Positions 41,836-52,028 of a stretch of DNA of 64,000 nt are shown one piece after another. This stretch comes from Candidatus Latescibacterota bacterium (GTDB taxonomy: Bacteria > Latescibacterota > UBA2968 > UBA8231). Numbering within the stretch: position 1 is the stretch's first letter; each line of letters opens with the position of its first letter. The notes below the pieces were generated by a model. The model had not been told where the DNA came from. It saw only the letters and a list, made by a program, of their open reading frames with translations, and did no database searches. The position numbers and the translations under genes were made by a program. The DNA lies in the NCBI GenBank assembly GCA_965200315.1, contig OZ241362.1, forward strand, positions 704,001 through 768,000. Reading direction: 5' to 3'.

Positions 41836-42633
41836 TCAATCTACTAGGTTAAAAAGCGGCGCGACCCCGCCGAACATCCCCGGAAAGCGGAACACGGCCT
41901 CTTCCTGGTCGCGGATGCGGTCGAGGACCGCTTCGTTGAGCAAGGTGCGCTGGCGGTCGAAAAGGGCTTGTTCTGCTGAGACCGCGTACGAACCTGCGCA
42001 CCGCGCAAGCTCTTGTGCGGCGGCAATTTCAGGATCACCGGCCAGCTTTTCCGCCATCGTCCCGAAGAAGCGTTTTAGCAGCGGCCGATGTCCGCCGGCG
42101 GACGCTCGTGCAGCCGCCGCGTCAAAGGCGGCGTGGCACTTCACCAGCCGCTCGCGCCAGTCGCTGGGCACCTCGCCATCGAGGATGAAGGGCGCAGCGT
42201 GCCCCAGCAGCGGCGTGCGGTCTTCGGTCTGGAAAGCCACGAGTACGCAATGGTGCTCCAAGGGGCGGGCGCGGAACCGAACGACGCTCCCCGGCTCAAT
42301 ATCGGCGATCTGACCAGCGGCGAGCGGCTGCACTTTTACCCCGTCCATAGAGAGCACGTCTAAATACGCCTCAGCGCAGAAGTGGGCGATAATATGCTCG
42401 CGCGGCCGCCCTTGTATCCCGCAGCGCCCAAAAGGCAGTGAATACGCCCAATCGCCATCCGGCGCGCCCTCGCCCTCCCCGCGCAACTGACGCAAGGCGA
42501 GACAAAGGCGCTCGGCCTCGCCCGCTGCATCCGTAAGCCGCGGCGCAATCACCCCCACTTCATCCACTTCCACCCGATAAGGCACTCCGTACCCAAACAG
42601 CCGCACCCTCAACGGATCACCCATTTCGTCCAT
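41836..42633 (-). CDS. Hypothetical protein (265 aa)
   Basis: ORF in operon context; its C-terminus FRFPGMFGGVAPL is encoded by direct-repeat copy 2. Confidence 0.6.
   Translation of the reverse strand: MDEMGDPLRVRLFGYGVPYRVEVDEVGVIAPRLTDAAGEAERLCLALRQLRGEGEGAPDGDWAYSLPFGRCGIQGRPREHIIAHFCAEAYLDVLSMDGVKVQPLAAGQIADIEPGSVVRFRARPLEHHCVLVAFQTEDRTPLLGHAAPFILDGEVPSDWRERLVKCHAAFDAAAARASAGGHRPLLKRFFGTMAEKLAGDPEIAAAQELARCAGSYAVSAEQALFDRQRTLLNEAVLDRIRDQEEAVFRFPGMFGGVAPLFNLVD
41857..41898. repeat. 42-bp direct repeat, copy 2
   Basis: 39/42 identical to 39313-39354. Confidence 0.9.
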
Positions 42634-42692
42634 CCTGCCTATCCATATAAATCACAGTAACTCCATCCTGTCCATCCCATAAATCCCATAAA

Positions 42693-43967
42693 TCACAGTA
42701 ACTCTTCGGCGCACTCGGCCACCTTGCGGAAGGCCGTGGCGTATTGCTCGATGATTGTGGCGTCGTAGTGCTTAAACCACGGAATCGAATAGATGCGGCC
42801 GGTCATGCGCTCAGAAACCGGCAGACTGCCCGGCCCCTGCCGCAGGTCGCGGTTGGAATGGGCGATGCGCGTGGGTTGGCCGTGTCCGTAGATATCGGCC
42901 TCGTTGAGCACTGGGTGCAGGTGCATCAGCTCATTGGCACCTCGCATGATCCTATACGCCCCGGTCTCGGCCGTGACCGCCGCGCAGAAGCGCTCGACCG
43001 GCAGACCGCCTAGTTCCTCGGGCACGTATAACCCCTTGGCCGCATACCATCCGCCCATGGTCGAACCGCTGTCAGCCGGAGGGCGATGCGCCTTGATCCC
43101 CGGGACGCCTTCAAGCAGGTCCCAGAAGTAATTCATCGCCCGCTGGATCTCCTGCATCCGCTCGTCGTAGTGCTTTAGCTGGGTGCGGCCCACCGCCGAA
43201 GACAACTGATGCATCCGGTATTTGTATCCGCCCAGCGGCATCCCGGCAAAAGGCCGCAGCGCGGGATTTTCTAGGGAGCGAGTGCGCTCGTAATGCCCAA
43301 AAGCCGCAGCGCGCTCGTATAGGGCTTGGTCGTCGGTGACCACAAAGCCCCCCTCGCCGCAGGCCAGCGACTTGCCCGACATAATCGACATCGCACCGAT
43401 GTGGCCGATGGTGCCCAAAAGCCGCCCCTTGTAGCGGCCTCCTTGGGCATGGGAGACATCTTCAATCACCTTCAGCTCGTGCTGCTCGGCAATGTCCATG
43501 ATCGGATCCATATCGGCTGGATAGGCGCAGTAATGCACCGGGACAATAGCCTTCGTCCGCTCGGTAATGCGGTGCTCAATGTCGCTGGGGTCCATCGTCA
43601 GGGTGTCGGGGTCAATCTCGGAGAACACCACCGTGCCCCCCAGTGAGAATACCTGGAGCGACGTGCCCCAAAAGGTCATGCTCTGCGAGATAACCTCGTC
43701 GCCAACGCCGACGCCACAGGCCCACAGTGCGGCTTGGATTGCTGAGGTGCCCGTGTTGTGGCAGAGGGCATACTGCAAGCCAAAGTAGGACTTCAGGTCC
43801 TCTTCAAAGGCCAAAGTTACGTCCCCGCCCGACATCGCCCCGCGACGCAGCACGTCCAGCACGGCCGCCTCGTCCTCGGCGGTAATGATCGGCCAACGGA
43901 AAATATCGCCTTCGTCAGCGGTGACGGCCTTGGGGCCGCCGCAGAAAGCCAACTTGCTCATCGCCAT
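42693..43967 (-). CDS. DegT/DnrJ/EryC1/StrS aminotransferase
   Basis: TGTSAI, EDVSHAQG and GKSLACGEGG. Confidence 0.88.
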   Translation of the reverse strand: MAMSKLAFCGGPKAVTADEGDIFRWPIITAEDEAAVLDVLRRGAMSGGDVTLAFEEDLKSYFGLQYALCHNTGTSAIQAALWACGVGVGDEVISQSMTFWGTSLQVFSLGGTVVFSEIDPDTLTMDPSDIEHRITERTKAIVPVHYCAYPADMDPIMDIAEQHELKVIEDVSHAQGGRYKGRLLGTIGHIGAMSIMSGKSLACGEGGFVVTDDQALYERAAAFGHYERTRSLENPALRPFAGMPLGGYKYRMHQLSSAVGRTQLKHYDERMQEIQRAMNYFWDLLEGVPGIKAHRPPADSGSTMGGWYAAKGLYVPEELGGLPVERFCAAVTAETGAYRIMRGANELMHLHPVLNEADIYGHGQPTRIAHSNRDLRQGPGSLPVSERMTGRIYSIPWFKHYDATIIEQYATAFRKVAECAEELL

Positions 43968-43991
43968 ACTATGCTCTCTATACGCGATACG

Positions 43992-45005
43992 CTAAGAACC
44001 TGTAATTTTGCGTAGCCGCGCCTGCGTTGGCATGTAGTTGCTCTCCCACACCTGCTGCACTACCCCATCGGCGATATAGGCCAAGCGCGGAAAGCCGTGG
44101 CCAAAGGTCAAGCGCCGAAAGTCCGTCACCGATATGGTGGCAATGTCAAACCGCGGTTGCAACTGCTTCTTGAAGTCGATCACTTGCGGTGCATCCTGCG
44201 CGAAACTCGTCAGGGCGATGAGCCGCGGCAACTGGGAGTCTTGGGCGAGGACGTTCATCTTGGGCACTGCATTTTTGCAGTGGCCGCACGTGGGGCTGAA
44301 CAATTCGATCAAGTATTCGCCCTGCAGCAAATCCACATCCACGCCTTTAAGTGCCAAGCCGGAGAGCCGCACGCCACTTTTGAGGTCCGACTGCGAGATG
44401 CGCTCTAGATCGGGAAAAAACCGCATACCGCCCACCGCCAGTCCGACGACGAGCGATCCTAACACCATCCGATTCGCCAAGGGCCATACAGGTGCGCCAC
44501 CCGTCCCCCACCAATTGGGCCGCCTCGCCCCGGGCGCGGCACTTGCACTGGCTTCGACGTTGGGCTCAGCCGAAACGCGGCGCATTCCCCACCACGCAAA
44601 CAGCAGCACCGCGACCATCACACCATCTTCTATAGCCGCTTCCCCTGGCCCGCGCTCGACGAGGGCACCGAAGCAGCCGCAGTCAATCGAGGCTCCCATG
44701 TGCCAAGCCTTAGCCGTCAGCGCGGTAAACGCGGCCATCAGCACCGTCGCCACCGGCAAGCACAGCCGTGGCTGCCAATTTAGTAGCAGCGCCCAGCCGA
44801 GGCAGAATTCAATCGGCCCCAATACAATGGTCGCCTTGGCAACTGCCGACGCAGGCTCCCATTCCGTCACCCCGATCATCTGCGCATAGGGAATGGCCTC
44901 CCAATAAAAAAGCACTGGCTCCCATATCTTAATCGCCCCAGCGACGAGATACACGACTCCGATAACCATCTGGCCGACGCGTGCGGCCTTGCTTATGCCG
45001 TCCAT
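43992..45005 (-). CDS. MauE/DoxX-like membrane protein with thioredoxin-like domain
   Basis: Transmembrane helices, DCGCFG and FSPTCGHC. Confidence 0.75.
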   Translation of the reverse strand: MDGISKAARVGQMVIGVVYLVAGAIKIWEPVLFYWEAIPYAQMIGVTEWEPASAVAKATIVLGPIEFCLGWALLLNWQPRLCLPVATVLMAAFTALTAKAWHMGASIDCGCFGALVERGPGEAAIEDGVMVAVLLFAWWGMRRVSAEPNVEASASAAPGARRPNWWGTGGAPVWPLANRMVLGSLVVGLAVGGMRFFPDLERISQSDLKSGVRLSGLALKGVDVDLLQGEYLIELFSPTCGHCKNAVPKMNVLAQDSQLPRLIALTSFAQDAPQVIDFKKQLQPRFDIATISVTDFRRLTFGHGFPRLAYIADGVVQQVWESNYMPTQARLRKITGS

Positions 45006-45017
45006 AATAAGTGCTCC

Positions 45018-48000
45018 TCAGTTGGTCAATTCGGCGAACACGGCCGAGAATACGCGCCGCGTCTGCCGCATCCGTGATTCCACTTCGTCTTGGAAGGCTG
45101 CTACGTCTTTGGCGCCAAGGGCGCGGCTCAATATCTCTAGCTCGCGGCCGATTGGCAGGGCGTCGCTGGCCCTTTCGCTGGCGAGCCTCATGCCCTTTTC
45201 CACGGCCCGCAGATACTCGTACGCATCGAGGAGAAAGTGCCCCCGCTCTCGGTCTAAACAGCCCTGCTCGACGAGTAATTGCAGCGCACGTCTCGTGCTA
45301 CCCACGCGCAAGTCCCGGTCCCGATAGCCCCACTTCAGCACCAGGACCTGCGCCACAAATTCTATATCGACGATGCCGCCTGGGCCGCGCTTGATATTGA
45401 CGCGCGTTTGGCGCCTGCCCTGCGGCTCCATCCGCTGGCGCATCTCCTGCATCTGCACGGCCAGCCCTGCGTCCGCTTCCCGGCTGTACACGAAGCGCTC
45501 AATCGCCCGCAAGACCCGCGCACCAAACTCGGCATCGCCGGCCACTTGGCGGGCGCGACTCAGCGCCATCCGCTCCCAAGTGGCCGCCCGCTGTGCCAAG
45601 TAGCGGCGGTAGCCGACCAGCGAGATGGCCATGGGAGCGCTGGCCCCTTCGGGCCGCAGTCGCGCATCCACCGAATACAGCCCTCCTTCGGCTAACAGGG
45701 CGATCAGACGCTGGCTGAACTCGGTAAAAAATACGCTATTAGGCACGCCGCGGCGCGTCTTGCCATCGCCTTCGTACACGAAAAACAAATCCAAATCCGA
45801 GCCAAAATCCACCTCGCGGCCCCCAAACTTGCCGCCGGCCAATACGGCGAACCGCACGTCGCGGCCCTGTCGGTTGCGCGGCTTGCCCCACCGCCGCACC
45901 AACGGCCCCCAAGCCAGCCGATAGACCGCTTGCAACACGTCTTCACCCAACTCCGTTAGCCGCAGGAAAGTCTCCTCCTCGGTCGCCAAGCCCATCAGGT
46001 CATCGGCCCCAATCCTCAGGAGGGATTTGTTCTGCATCCGTGCGATGGCGTGCAAATCGCCGCGTACCGGGCCAGACTCCAAGCCCCAGTCAGCCTGACC
46101 AACTAAGCTGTCGAGCAGAGCCGGGTCGCGGCGCAAAAGGTCCGCGAGAAAGCGACTCGATCCACAAATGGAAATGAGCAAGGTGCGAAAGCCTGTATGC
46201 TCTTGCAACAAGGAGTACAAAGCACCCGGCGCACCATACGCCTCAACGAGCTGGGTGAAGCGCAAGAGCCCTTGGTCTGGGTCGGGAGCGGCGGCCAAGG
46301 AATTGAGCAATTCCGGCAGCAGGGCCTCAAAGTGGGCACGTCCCCCGCTCAGCAACAGGCCCATGGCCGCTAGCCGCTGCAAGCGGCGGTGTGCGGCGGC
46401 CCCATCGACAAAGCCCCGCTCCACCAAGTCGGCTTTTGCCGCCGTGCTGCCGTTTTCGACTTCTAACAGCCACGTCGGCGAGCGCGGCACCGCTGTGTCG
46501 CCGTAAAACAGCGCGGCAAACAGCCGGCGTACCCGCAACCGGTGTCCGGCGAGCGCGGAGCTAAACGCCCGCGCATCTTCATACCCCATGACCAAGGCCA
46601 AGGCCCGCAAGGCTTGTGCATCTTCTGGGACTGCGTAGTCGGGTCGGCCAGAGGCGATTTGCAACAGATTTTCAACGCGGCGAAAAAACTCGTACGCGTT
46701 TTTTAGGGCGCTGGCTTCTGCCGCGGTCAAGGCCGCCTTCATCGCACCTTTAGGCGAGACCACCTCGGCCAAACAGTCAATAGCGGCCAGCGTGTTGTGG
46801 TTGCGCACTTGGGGCTGGATGCCCCCGTAGAGTAGCTGTAAGCACTGGACGATGAATTCGATGTCGCGGATCCCGCCCGCTTGTAGCTTGATGTTGTTCT
46901 CACCACGGGGGCGCTCGCGGATGCTCGCCTCAATCCGCTCCTTGATGCGGCGGATTTCCTCGTGCGGTGCCGAGTGGAAGTGGGCCGGACAAATAAAGGG
47001 CCGGAGCATGGCCGCGTATTGCTCCCCCAGCGTCCGCGATCCCGCCACGCGCCGGGCCTTGATCAGCATCTGCCGCTCCCACAGTTCACCGCGCGTCTCG
47101 TAATACCTCCAACTGGCGCGCAACGAGTGGGTCAAGGTGCCGCTCGAACCCTCGGGACGCAGCCGCATATCGACTCGGTAGAAAAACCCTTCCTTGGTTG
47201 CTTCGGTCAGCACGTGGACTAAGCGCTGGCCCAAGCGGCGGAAAAACTCGCTGTTCTCCAGCGGCGTTCCCTCCCCATCAGGTTGGGTCTCGCCCTCGCC
47301 ATCCCACACGAAAATTAGGTCAATGTCCGAGCTGTAGTTTAACTCCTGCCCGCCGTATTTGCCCAAGCCGACGACGAGAAAGCGCGCCGGGCGACCGCGC
47401 TCGTCCAGTGGTCGACCGTGCTCCTGCCACAAGTCGTGCTGGCATGTTTCAAGGGCCAACTCAACCACCACATCGGCTAAGTCGGCCAGCTCTTTTCCAA
47501 TCTGTGCAACCGGCTTAGTGCCGAGGATTTCGGCGGCACCAATGCGCAAAATCTCGCGCCTATGCACCCGCCGCAACACCTCCAAACGCTCATCAAACTC
47601 GGAGACATGACCGATATCGGTGCGCAAAATCTGCCGTAGGGTATTCCTCTCTAGTGGCTCGACTAAGTGCGGAGTCTCGACCAACAGCCACAATAGGAAC
47701 TCGAAATCGCGCACCAAAATGTCGGCGAGAAAGGTGCTGTGGCTCACGACTTGCACCAATCGCTGACACAGAATGGGATCGGCCTCTAAATGAGAGAAAA
47801 GCTCTAGCGGGCCGTATGCTACAGCCAAGCGCAGCAACTGCCGCAGCCCCTCGTCCGGCCAGCCCGTCGCAGCCAGTTCGGCCAACGCGAGGGCCGGCAA
47901 CGGCGCGGATTGCGGCGGGCCACCGATCCGGTCCAAGGCCTCTAGGGCTTGGACCGGATCGGCAAAACCCAATTGCTCTAGGGGATCGAGGGCTTTAGCC

Positions 48001-48047
48001 GCGTCGGTGGTAAGCGCGAGACGGGCCAGTTCCAATGCGGTGGGCAC
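45018..48047 (-). CDS. glnE: Glutamine synthetase adenylyltransferase/adenylyl-removing enzyme
   Basis: Two nucleotidyltransferase modules: GKYGGQELNYSSDIDL...RVDMRLRPEG and GKFGGREVDFGSDLDL...VDARLRPEG. Confidence 0.92.
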   Translation of the reverse strand: MPTALELARLALTTDAAKALDPLEQLGFADPVQALEALDRIGGPPQSAPLPALALAELAATGWPDEGLRQLLRLAVAYGPLELFSHLEADPILCQRLVQVVSHSTFLADILVRDFEFLLWLLVETPHLVEPLERNTLRQILRTDIGHVSEFDERLEVLRRVHRREILRIGAAEILGTKPVAQIGKELADLADVVVELALETCQHDLWQEHGRPLDERGRPARFLVVGLGKYGGQELNYSSDIDLIFVWDGEGETQPDGEGTPLENSEFFRRLGQRLVHVLTEATKEGFFYRVDMRLRPEGSSGTLTHSLRASWRYYETRGELWERQMLIKARRVAGSRTLGEQYAAMLRPFICPAHFHSAPHEEIRRIKERIEASIRERPRGENNIKLQAGGIRDIEFIVQCLQLLYGGIQPQVRNHNTLAAIDCLAEVVSPKGAMKAALTAAEASALKNAYEFFRRVENLLQIASGRPDYAVPEDAQALRALALVMGYEDARAFSSALAGHRLRVRRLFAALFYGDTAVPRSPTWLLEVENGSTAAKADLVERGFVDGAAAHRRLQRLAAMGLLLSGGRAHFEALLPELLNSLAAAPDPDQGLLRFTQLVEAYGAPGALYSLLQEHTGFRTLLISICGSSRFLADLLRRDPALLDSLVGQADWGLESGPVRGDLHAIARMQNKSLLRIGADDLMGLATEEETFLRLTELGEDVLQAVYRLAWGPLVRRWGKPRNRQGRDVRFAVLAGGKFGGREVDFGSDLDLFFVYEGDGKTRRGVPNSVFFTEFSQRLIALLAEGGLYSVDARLRPEGASAPMAISLVGYRRYLAQRAATWERMALSRARQVAGDAEFGARVLRAIERFVYSREADAGLAVQMQEMRQRMEPQGRRQTRVNIKRGPGGIVDIEFVAQVLVLKWGYRDRDLRVGSTRRALQLLVEQGCLDRERGHFLLDAYEYLRAVEKGMRLASERASDALPIGRELEILSRALGAKDVAAFQDEVESRMRQTRRVFSAVFAELTN

Positions 48048-48056
48048 TACCGGACT

Positions 48057-48395
48057 TCAGAGGGCGGTTTCGCCGGTTTCGCCGGTGCGGATGCGGATGG
48101 CCTCGACCAGTTCGGAAACGAAAATTTTGCCGTCGCCGACCTCGCCGGTGGCAGCCGACTGCATAATGGCCTCCACTGCTTCGTCGAGTTGGCCATCGCC
48201 AACGGCCAATTCAATGCGAATTTTGGGCATGAAATCAAGCTGATACTCGGCACCGCGGTAGATTTCGCTGTGCCCGCGCTGGCGACCGCAGCCGCGCACC
48301 TCGCTAACGGACATGCCGACGAGACCAATCGCGGCTAGGGATTGTTTGACCTCGTCGAGTTTGAAGGGCTTGATAAAAGCCACGATGTTTTTCAC
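48057..48395 (-). CDS. glnB: Nitrogen regulatory protein PII (GlnB/GlnK)
   Basis: 112 aa; IKPFKLDEVK, YRGAEY, GDGKIF and IRIRTGE. Confidence 0.93.
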   Translation of the reverse strand: MKNIVAFIKPFKLDEVKQSLAAIGLVGMSVSEVRGCGRQRGHSEIYRGAEYQLDFMPKIRIELAVGDGQLDEAVEAIMQSAATGEVGDGKIFVSELVEAIRIRTGETGETAL

Positions 48396-48405
48396 GATAG
48401 CCCTC

Positions 48406-49035
48406 TCAACGAGGCGAAAAGCGGGGCTTGCGGCCGTAGCTTATGCCGCCAGCACCAGCTACGGGCATCGGGGCCACGTCGAGGGGCTTTTGTTGGCTGC
48501 CGTGGATGGGGCCGATGCAACTGGCTGGGATTTCTTCGGTCAGCACGACCGCGCCGCGGGCAAAAAAGCGACAGCCCTCCTCGTGGGCCTTGGCCGCGAG
48601 AATCTCCACTACGCAGGGGGTGTCGCGTTGGTGACTGTGCGACTCGGCCGCCTCGTGCGTCAGCGACAGATGCACGTAGTAGCGATCGCCTGGGGAAATG
48701 CCCTCGCGGGTAAAGCGCTGGGCGGCACTGCGAGTCGTGCCCATGTAGAGTCGCTCGGGCGGTGGGTCCATAGGCTCGCCGTCCATATCGACGAAAAAAC
48801 TGTGTCCGTATAGCGCGCGAATGCCGAACTCGTTCAGTTCAAAGCGATACTGCCTTGGGGCTTTGACGAGATCGACGACATCGGCTTCGGTCACCTCTGC
48901 GTAGCGTTCTTGTACTCCTTGTACTACCTGATCCAACGGCGCATAGCCGTAAGCATCAATCTCCAGTCCAAATTCGTCGGGCCGATGCCTGAGCATCAGC
49001 GAAAGCAACTTGGAAATACGACTTGTATTGGCCAC
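48406..49035 (-). CDS. kptA: RNA 2'-phosphotransferase (Tpt1/KptA family)
   Basis: SK.LS..LRH.P, RF, IRA.YGHS and VHLS. Confidence 0.85.
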   Translation of the reverse strand: MANTSRISKLLSLMLRHRPDEFGLEIDAYGYAPLDQVVQGVQERYAEVTEADVVDLVKAPRQYRFELNEFGIRALYGHSFFVDMDGEPMDPPPERLYMGTTRSAAQRFTREGISPGDRYYVHLSLTHEAAESHSHQRDTPCVVEILAAKAHEEGCRFFARGAVVLTEEIPASCIGPIHGSQQKPLDVAPMPVAGAGGISYGRKPRFSPR

Positions 49036-49088
49036 TGCTCATCGCGTCCTTTCAACATTAGCTCGCCGGATCAAAGGCCGGCGCGGTC

Positions 49089-49544
49089 TTAGGGGTTCCA
49101 CTGTGCGCGATAAGTTTTAATGGCTTGGGCAACCGCCTCGTCGGACAAGGCGATGATCTGGGCGGCCAGCATAGCCGCATTGCGGGCATTGTCAATGCCG
49201 ACGGTCGCCACCGGGATACCCGGCGGCATCTGCACGATGGAGTAGAGAGAATCGACTCCACGGAGCGCCCCCGAAGCAATGGGGACTCCGATGACCGGCA
49301 GGGTCGTATGCGCCGCCACCACTCCGGGCAGGGCCGCAGCTAAGCCAGCACCGGCGATGATCACCTCGAGGCCGCGGCCAGCCGCCTCGCTGGCCCAATT
49401 ACTAGTGCGCTCGGGATTGCGGTGGGCCGAAGATACGATCATTTCGTAGCCGATTCCAAGCTCTTCGAGCACCGCCGCCCCCTTGCGCATGATGTCCTCG
49501 TCCGAGGTACTGCCCATGATTACGCCAACGCGAATGTCTGCCAT
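49089..49544 (-). CDS. purE: N5-carboxyaminoimidazole ribonucleotide mutase
   Basis: MGSTSD, SAHRNP, LPVIGVP and [14 protein letters not shown]; start 49544. Confidence 0.95.
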   Translation of the reverse strand: MADIRVGVIMGSTSDEDIMRKGAAVLEELGIGYEMIVSSAHRNPERTSNWASEAAGRGLEVIIAGAGLAAALPGVVAAHTTLPVIGVPIASGALRGVDSLYSIVQMPPGIPVATVGIDNARNAAMLAAQIIALSDEAVAQAIKTYRAQWNP

Positions 49545-49622
49545 GTAAAAACGTCCTTCCTGCGAATTATAATCGCGCACAGATGTTAAAATAAGCCAAA
49601 TCACCCGTGCGCGACAACTGCC

Positions 49623-50819
49623 CTAAGAAGCATTCATTTTGCGGCGCAGGAAGGTGGGAATGTCCAAATCGCCAACTGCGGGGCGGGCGGGCTCCTCCTG
49701 ATGCTCCTGAGGAATGTTGTGGCCATTGCGCAGATATGTGGGCACCTCCAAGGAAGTGCCTCCATTGCCGAGGAGGACCGGGCTGCCGATGGTCAAAGGA
49801 TCCGCCTCCACGTCCTGCCTTGGCTCCTCTTGAGCGCGGACCGGCAGCTCGGCTTCGCTCTTATTTGTGTTGAAGCCCGTGGCTATGACCGTCACGCGGA
49901 TGTTCTCGGTCAAACTATCGTCAATTACGGTGCCGAAGATGATCTCGGCATCCGAGCCGCTTTCCTCGTTGATCAGCGACATGACCTCGTTGATCTCGTA
50001 GAGCGTGAGATTGGAGTCGCCGGCGATATTGATCAACACGCCCTTGGCACCGGCGATCGACACGTCCTCCAAAAGCGGACTGTTGATCGCCTTGCGAGCG
50101 GCCTCCACGGCTCGCTCTTCGCCGCTGTGCTCTCCGAGGCCCATAATGGCATCGCCGCCCTTGGAAATCACCGTGCGCACGTCGTTGAAGTCGAGATTGA
50201 CCATGCCCGGAATCGTAATCAGATCGGAAATACCACGCGTGGCCTGCATCAGCACTTCATCGGCTTTGAGAAACGCATCTTGGAGCGTGGTGTCTCGGCC
50301 GCAGACTTCTAGCAGGCGCTGGTTTTTGATGGTGATCAGGGTGTCGACTTGGTCCTTTAGCTCGGCAATCCCGCTCTTGGCGTTCTTCATCCGCGGCGAG
50401 CCTTCCATTAGAAAAGGCTCGGTGACAATGCCGACTGTCAGGGCCCCTTGATCGCGGGAAATTTCCGCAACAGTGGACGCGGCTCCCGTACCTGTACCAC
50501 CGCCCATGCCGGCCGTGATAAAGATCAGGTCCGAGTCCTGTAGCTGCTTGGAGACCTTGTCGCGGTCTTCTTCGATGGCTTGCCGTCCCACCTCTGGGTC
50601 TGCACCAGCACCCAAACCCCGCGTGACGCTGCTGCCAATGCAAATGGGGAAGTCAGCCCGCGAGGTCTCCAGCGCCTGCGCATCCGTGTTGACGGCGACG
50701 AATTCGACGCCGTGCATCCCCGATTCGATCATTCGGTTGATGGCATTGCCACCGCTGCCACCAACGCCGACGACCTTAATCCGCGCCCGATGCTCGTTAT
50801 CGATCAACCTAATTGCCAT
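49623..50819 (-). CDS. ftsZ: Cell division protein FtsZ
   Basis: GMGGGTGTG, NLDFND and C-terminal DLDIPTFLR. Confidence 0.97.
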   Translation of the reverse strand: MAIRLIDNEHRARIKVVGVGGSGGNAINRMIESGMHGVEFVAVNTDAQALETSRADFPICIGSSVTRGLGAGADPEVGRQAIEEDRDKVSKQLQDSDLIFITAGMGGGTGTGAASTVAEISRDQGALTVGIVTEPFLMEGSPRMKNAKSGIAELKDQVDTLITIKNQRLLEVCGRDTTLQDAFLKADEVLMQATRGISDLITIPGMVNLDFNDVRTVISKGGDAIMGLGEHSGEERAVEAARKAINSPLLEDVSIAGAKGVLINIAGDSNLTLYEINEVMSLINEESGSDAEIIFGTVIDDSLTENIRVTVIATGFNTNKSEAELPVRAQEEPRQDVEADPLTIGSPVLLGNGGTSLEVPTYLRNGHNIPQEHQEEPARPAVGDLDIPTFLRRKMNAS

Positions 50820-50855
50820 AATTACTCCTCCTTGATTTTGGGACCAGCACCGCCG

Positions 50856-52028
50856 CTAGTCCCGGGGTTGTAACCATCTTTTTATGCGCCCTAACACTGA
50901 ATCGAAGGGATCTTCGACCAGCCCCTGCACTTCTGTTTGGCTTTTTTGCTCCTGTTGCTCCACTCCGTACAGGAGCAGACCCAGCACCGTAGCATACGAT
51001 GGGCTAACTAGCTCTGCGGCCCACTCAAACCCGCTCGGCTCTCCCAAGCGCACAGGCATGTTAAAGACCCGCTCGGCCAAGGCCAAGACTCCGGTGATTC
51101 GCGCTCCCCCACCCGTGAGGACAATGCCCGCGCCCAACGCAGCATTGGGCAACGCGGTATAGACCTGCTTGCGGGCTAGGGCCAGTATTTCCTCCATCCG
51201 CGCCTCGACGATAAGGGCCACTGTCTCGCTCGGTGCGCCCGCACACTTGGCCTGCTCGGCCTCGGCCCGCGTGGTGCGCAACCCAACGCCGATGTCGTTG
51301 GTCACGTTACACCCGCCCAATCCGACGTTGCCTGAGTGGCGCAACCCTTTGCCAACAAAGACGGCCACATCGGTCGTGCCGCCGCCGATGTCGAGCAGGC
51401 AGACTCCCATCTGCCGCTCGTCCTCACTGAGTACGGCATAGCTCGAAGCAAGCGCACCGAGAACGACACCGCGCACATCGACGCCGGCCTGGAGGATGCT
51501 ATGGCAGATGTTCCGCACGGCGGCAACCGAGCTGGTGACTACGTGTACACTGGCCTCTAAGCGCACTCCATACATACCCACGGGATCGATAATGCCTCGC
51601 TGGCCATTGACGGCAAATTCTTGGGGCAAAACGTGCAGTACCTCGCGGTCGAACGGCACTTTGACCACGCCGGCCGCAGTAAGAACGCGAGTGCGGTCCT
51701 GTGCTCCGATCCATCCGCCTTCGCCCCCGACAGCCACCATGCCTGTGCTGTTAAGGCTGGCGATGTATTCGCCAGAGATGCCAGCGTACACCGAGTCGAT
51801 TTCGACCCCAGCCATCAACTCGGCTTGACGCACGGCCTCGCCAATGGCGCGCATGGTCTTCTCGGCATCCACAATCGCCCCGCGCTGGATCCCCTCTGAG
51901 GGGTGCTGGCCCATGCCAATAATCCGCAGGGACCGCTCGGCGACCTGCTCGGCAATGACGGCGCAGACCTTGGTCGTGCCCAAGTCCAGCCCGGCGATAA
52001 TGGTGGTGTACTCCTCGTTTGAGTTCAT
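50856..52028 (-). CDS. ftsA: Cell division protein FtsA
   Basis: GLDLGTTKV, DIGGGTTD, VLTGGGA and a C-terminal amphipathic helix. Confidence 0.93.
   Translation of the reverse strand: MNSNEEYTTIIAGLDLGTTKVCAVIAEQVAERSLRIIGMGQHPSEGIQRGAIVDAEKTMRAIGEAVRQAELMAGVEIDSVYAGISGEYIASLNSTGMVAVGGEGGWIGAQDRTRVLTAAGVVKVPFDREVLHVLPQEFAVNGQRGIIDPVGMYGVRLEASVHVVTSSVAAVRNICHSILQAGVDVRGVVLGALASSYAVLSEDERQMGVCLLDIGGGTTDVAVFVGKGLRHSGNVGLGGCNVTNDIGVGLRTTRAEAEQAKCAGAPSETVALIVEARMEEILALARKQVYTALPNAALGAGIVLTGGGARITGVLALAERVFNMPVRLGEPSGFEWAAELVSPSYATVLGLLLYGVEQQEQKSQTEVQGLVEDPFDSVLGRIKRWLQPRD

Noticed and set aside
42629-42704. 17-bp direct repeat ATAAATCACAGTAACTC (42647-42663, 42688-42704) with CCATCC motifs
   Set aside because: Looks like a small local duplication of a gene end with nothing inserted; no further structure.
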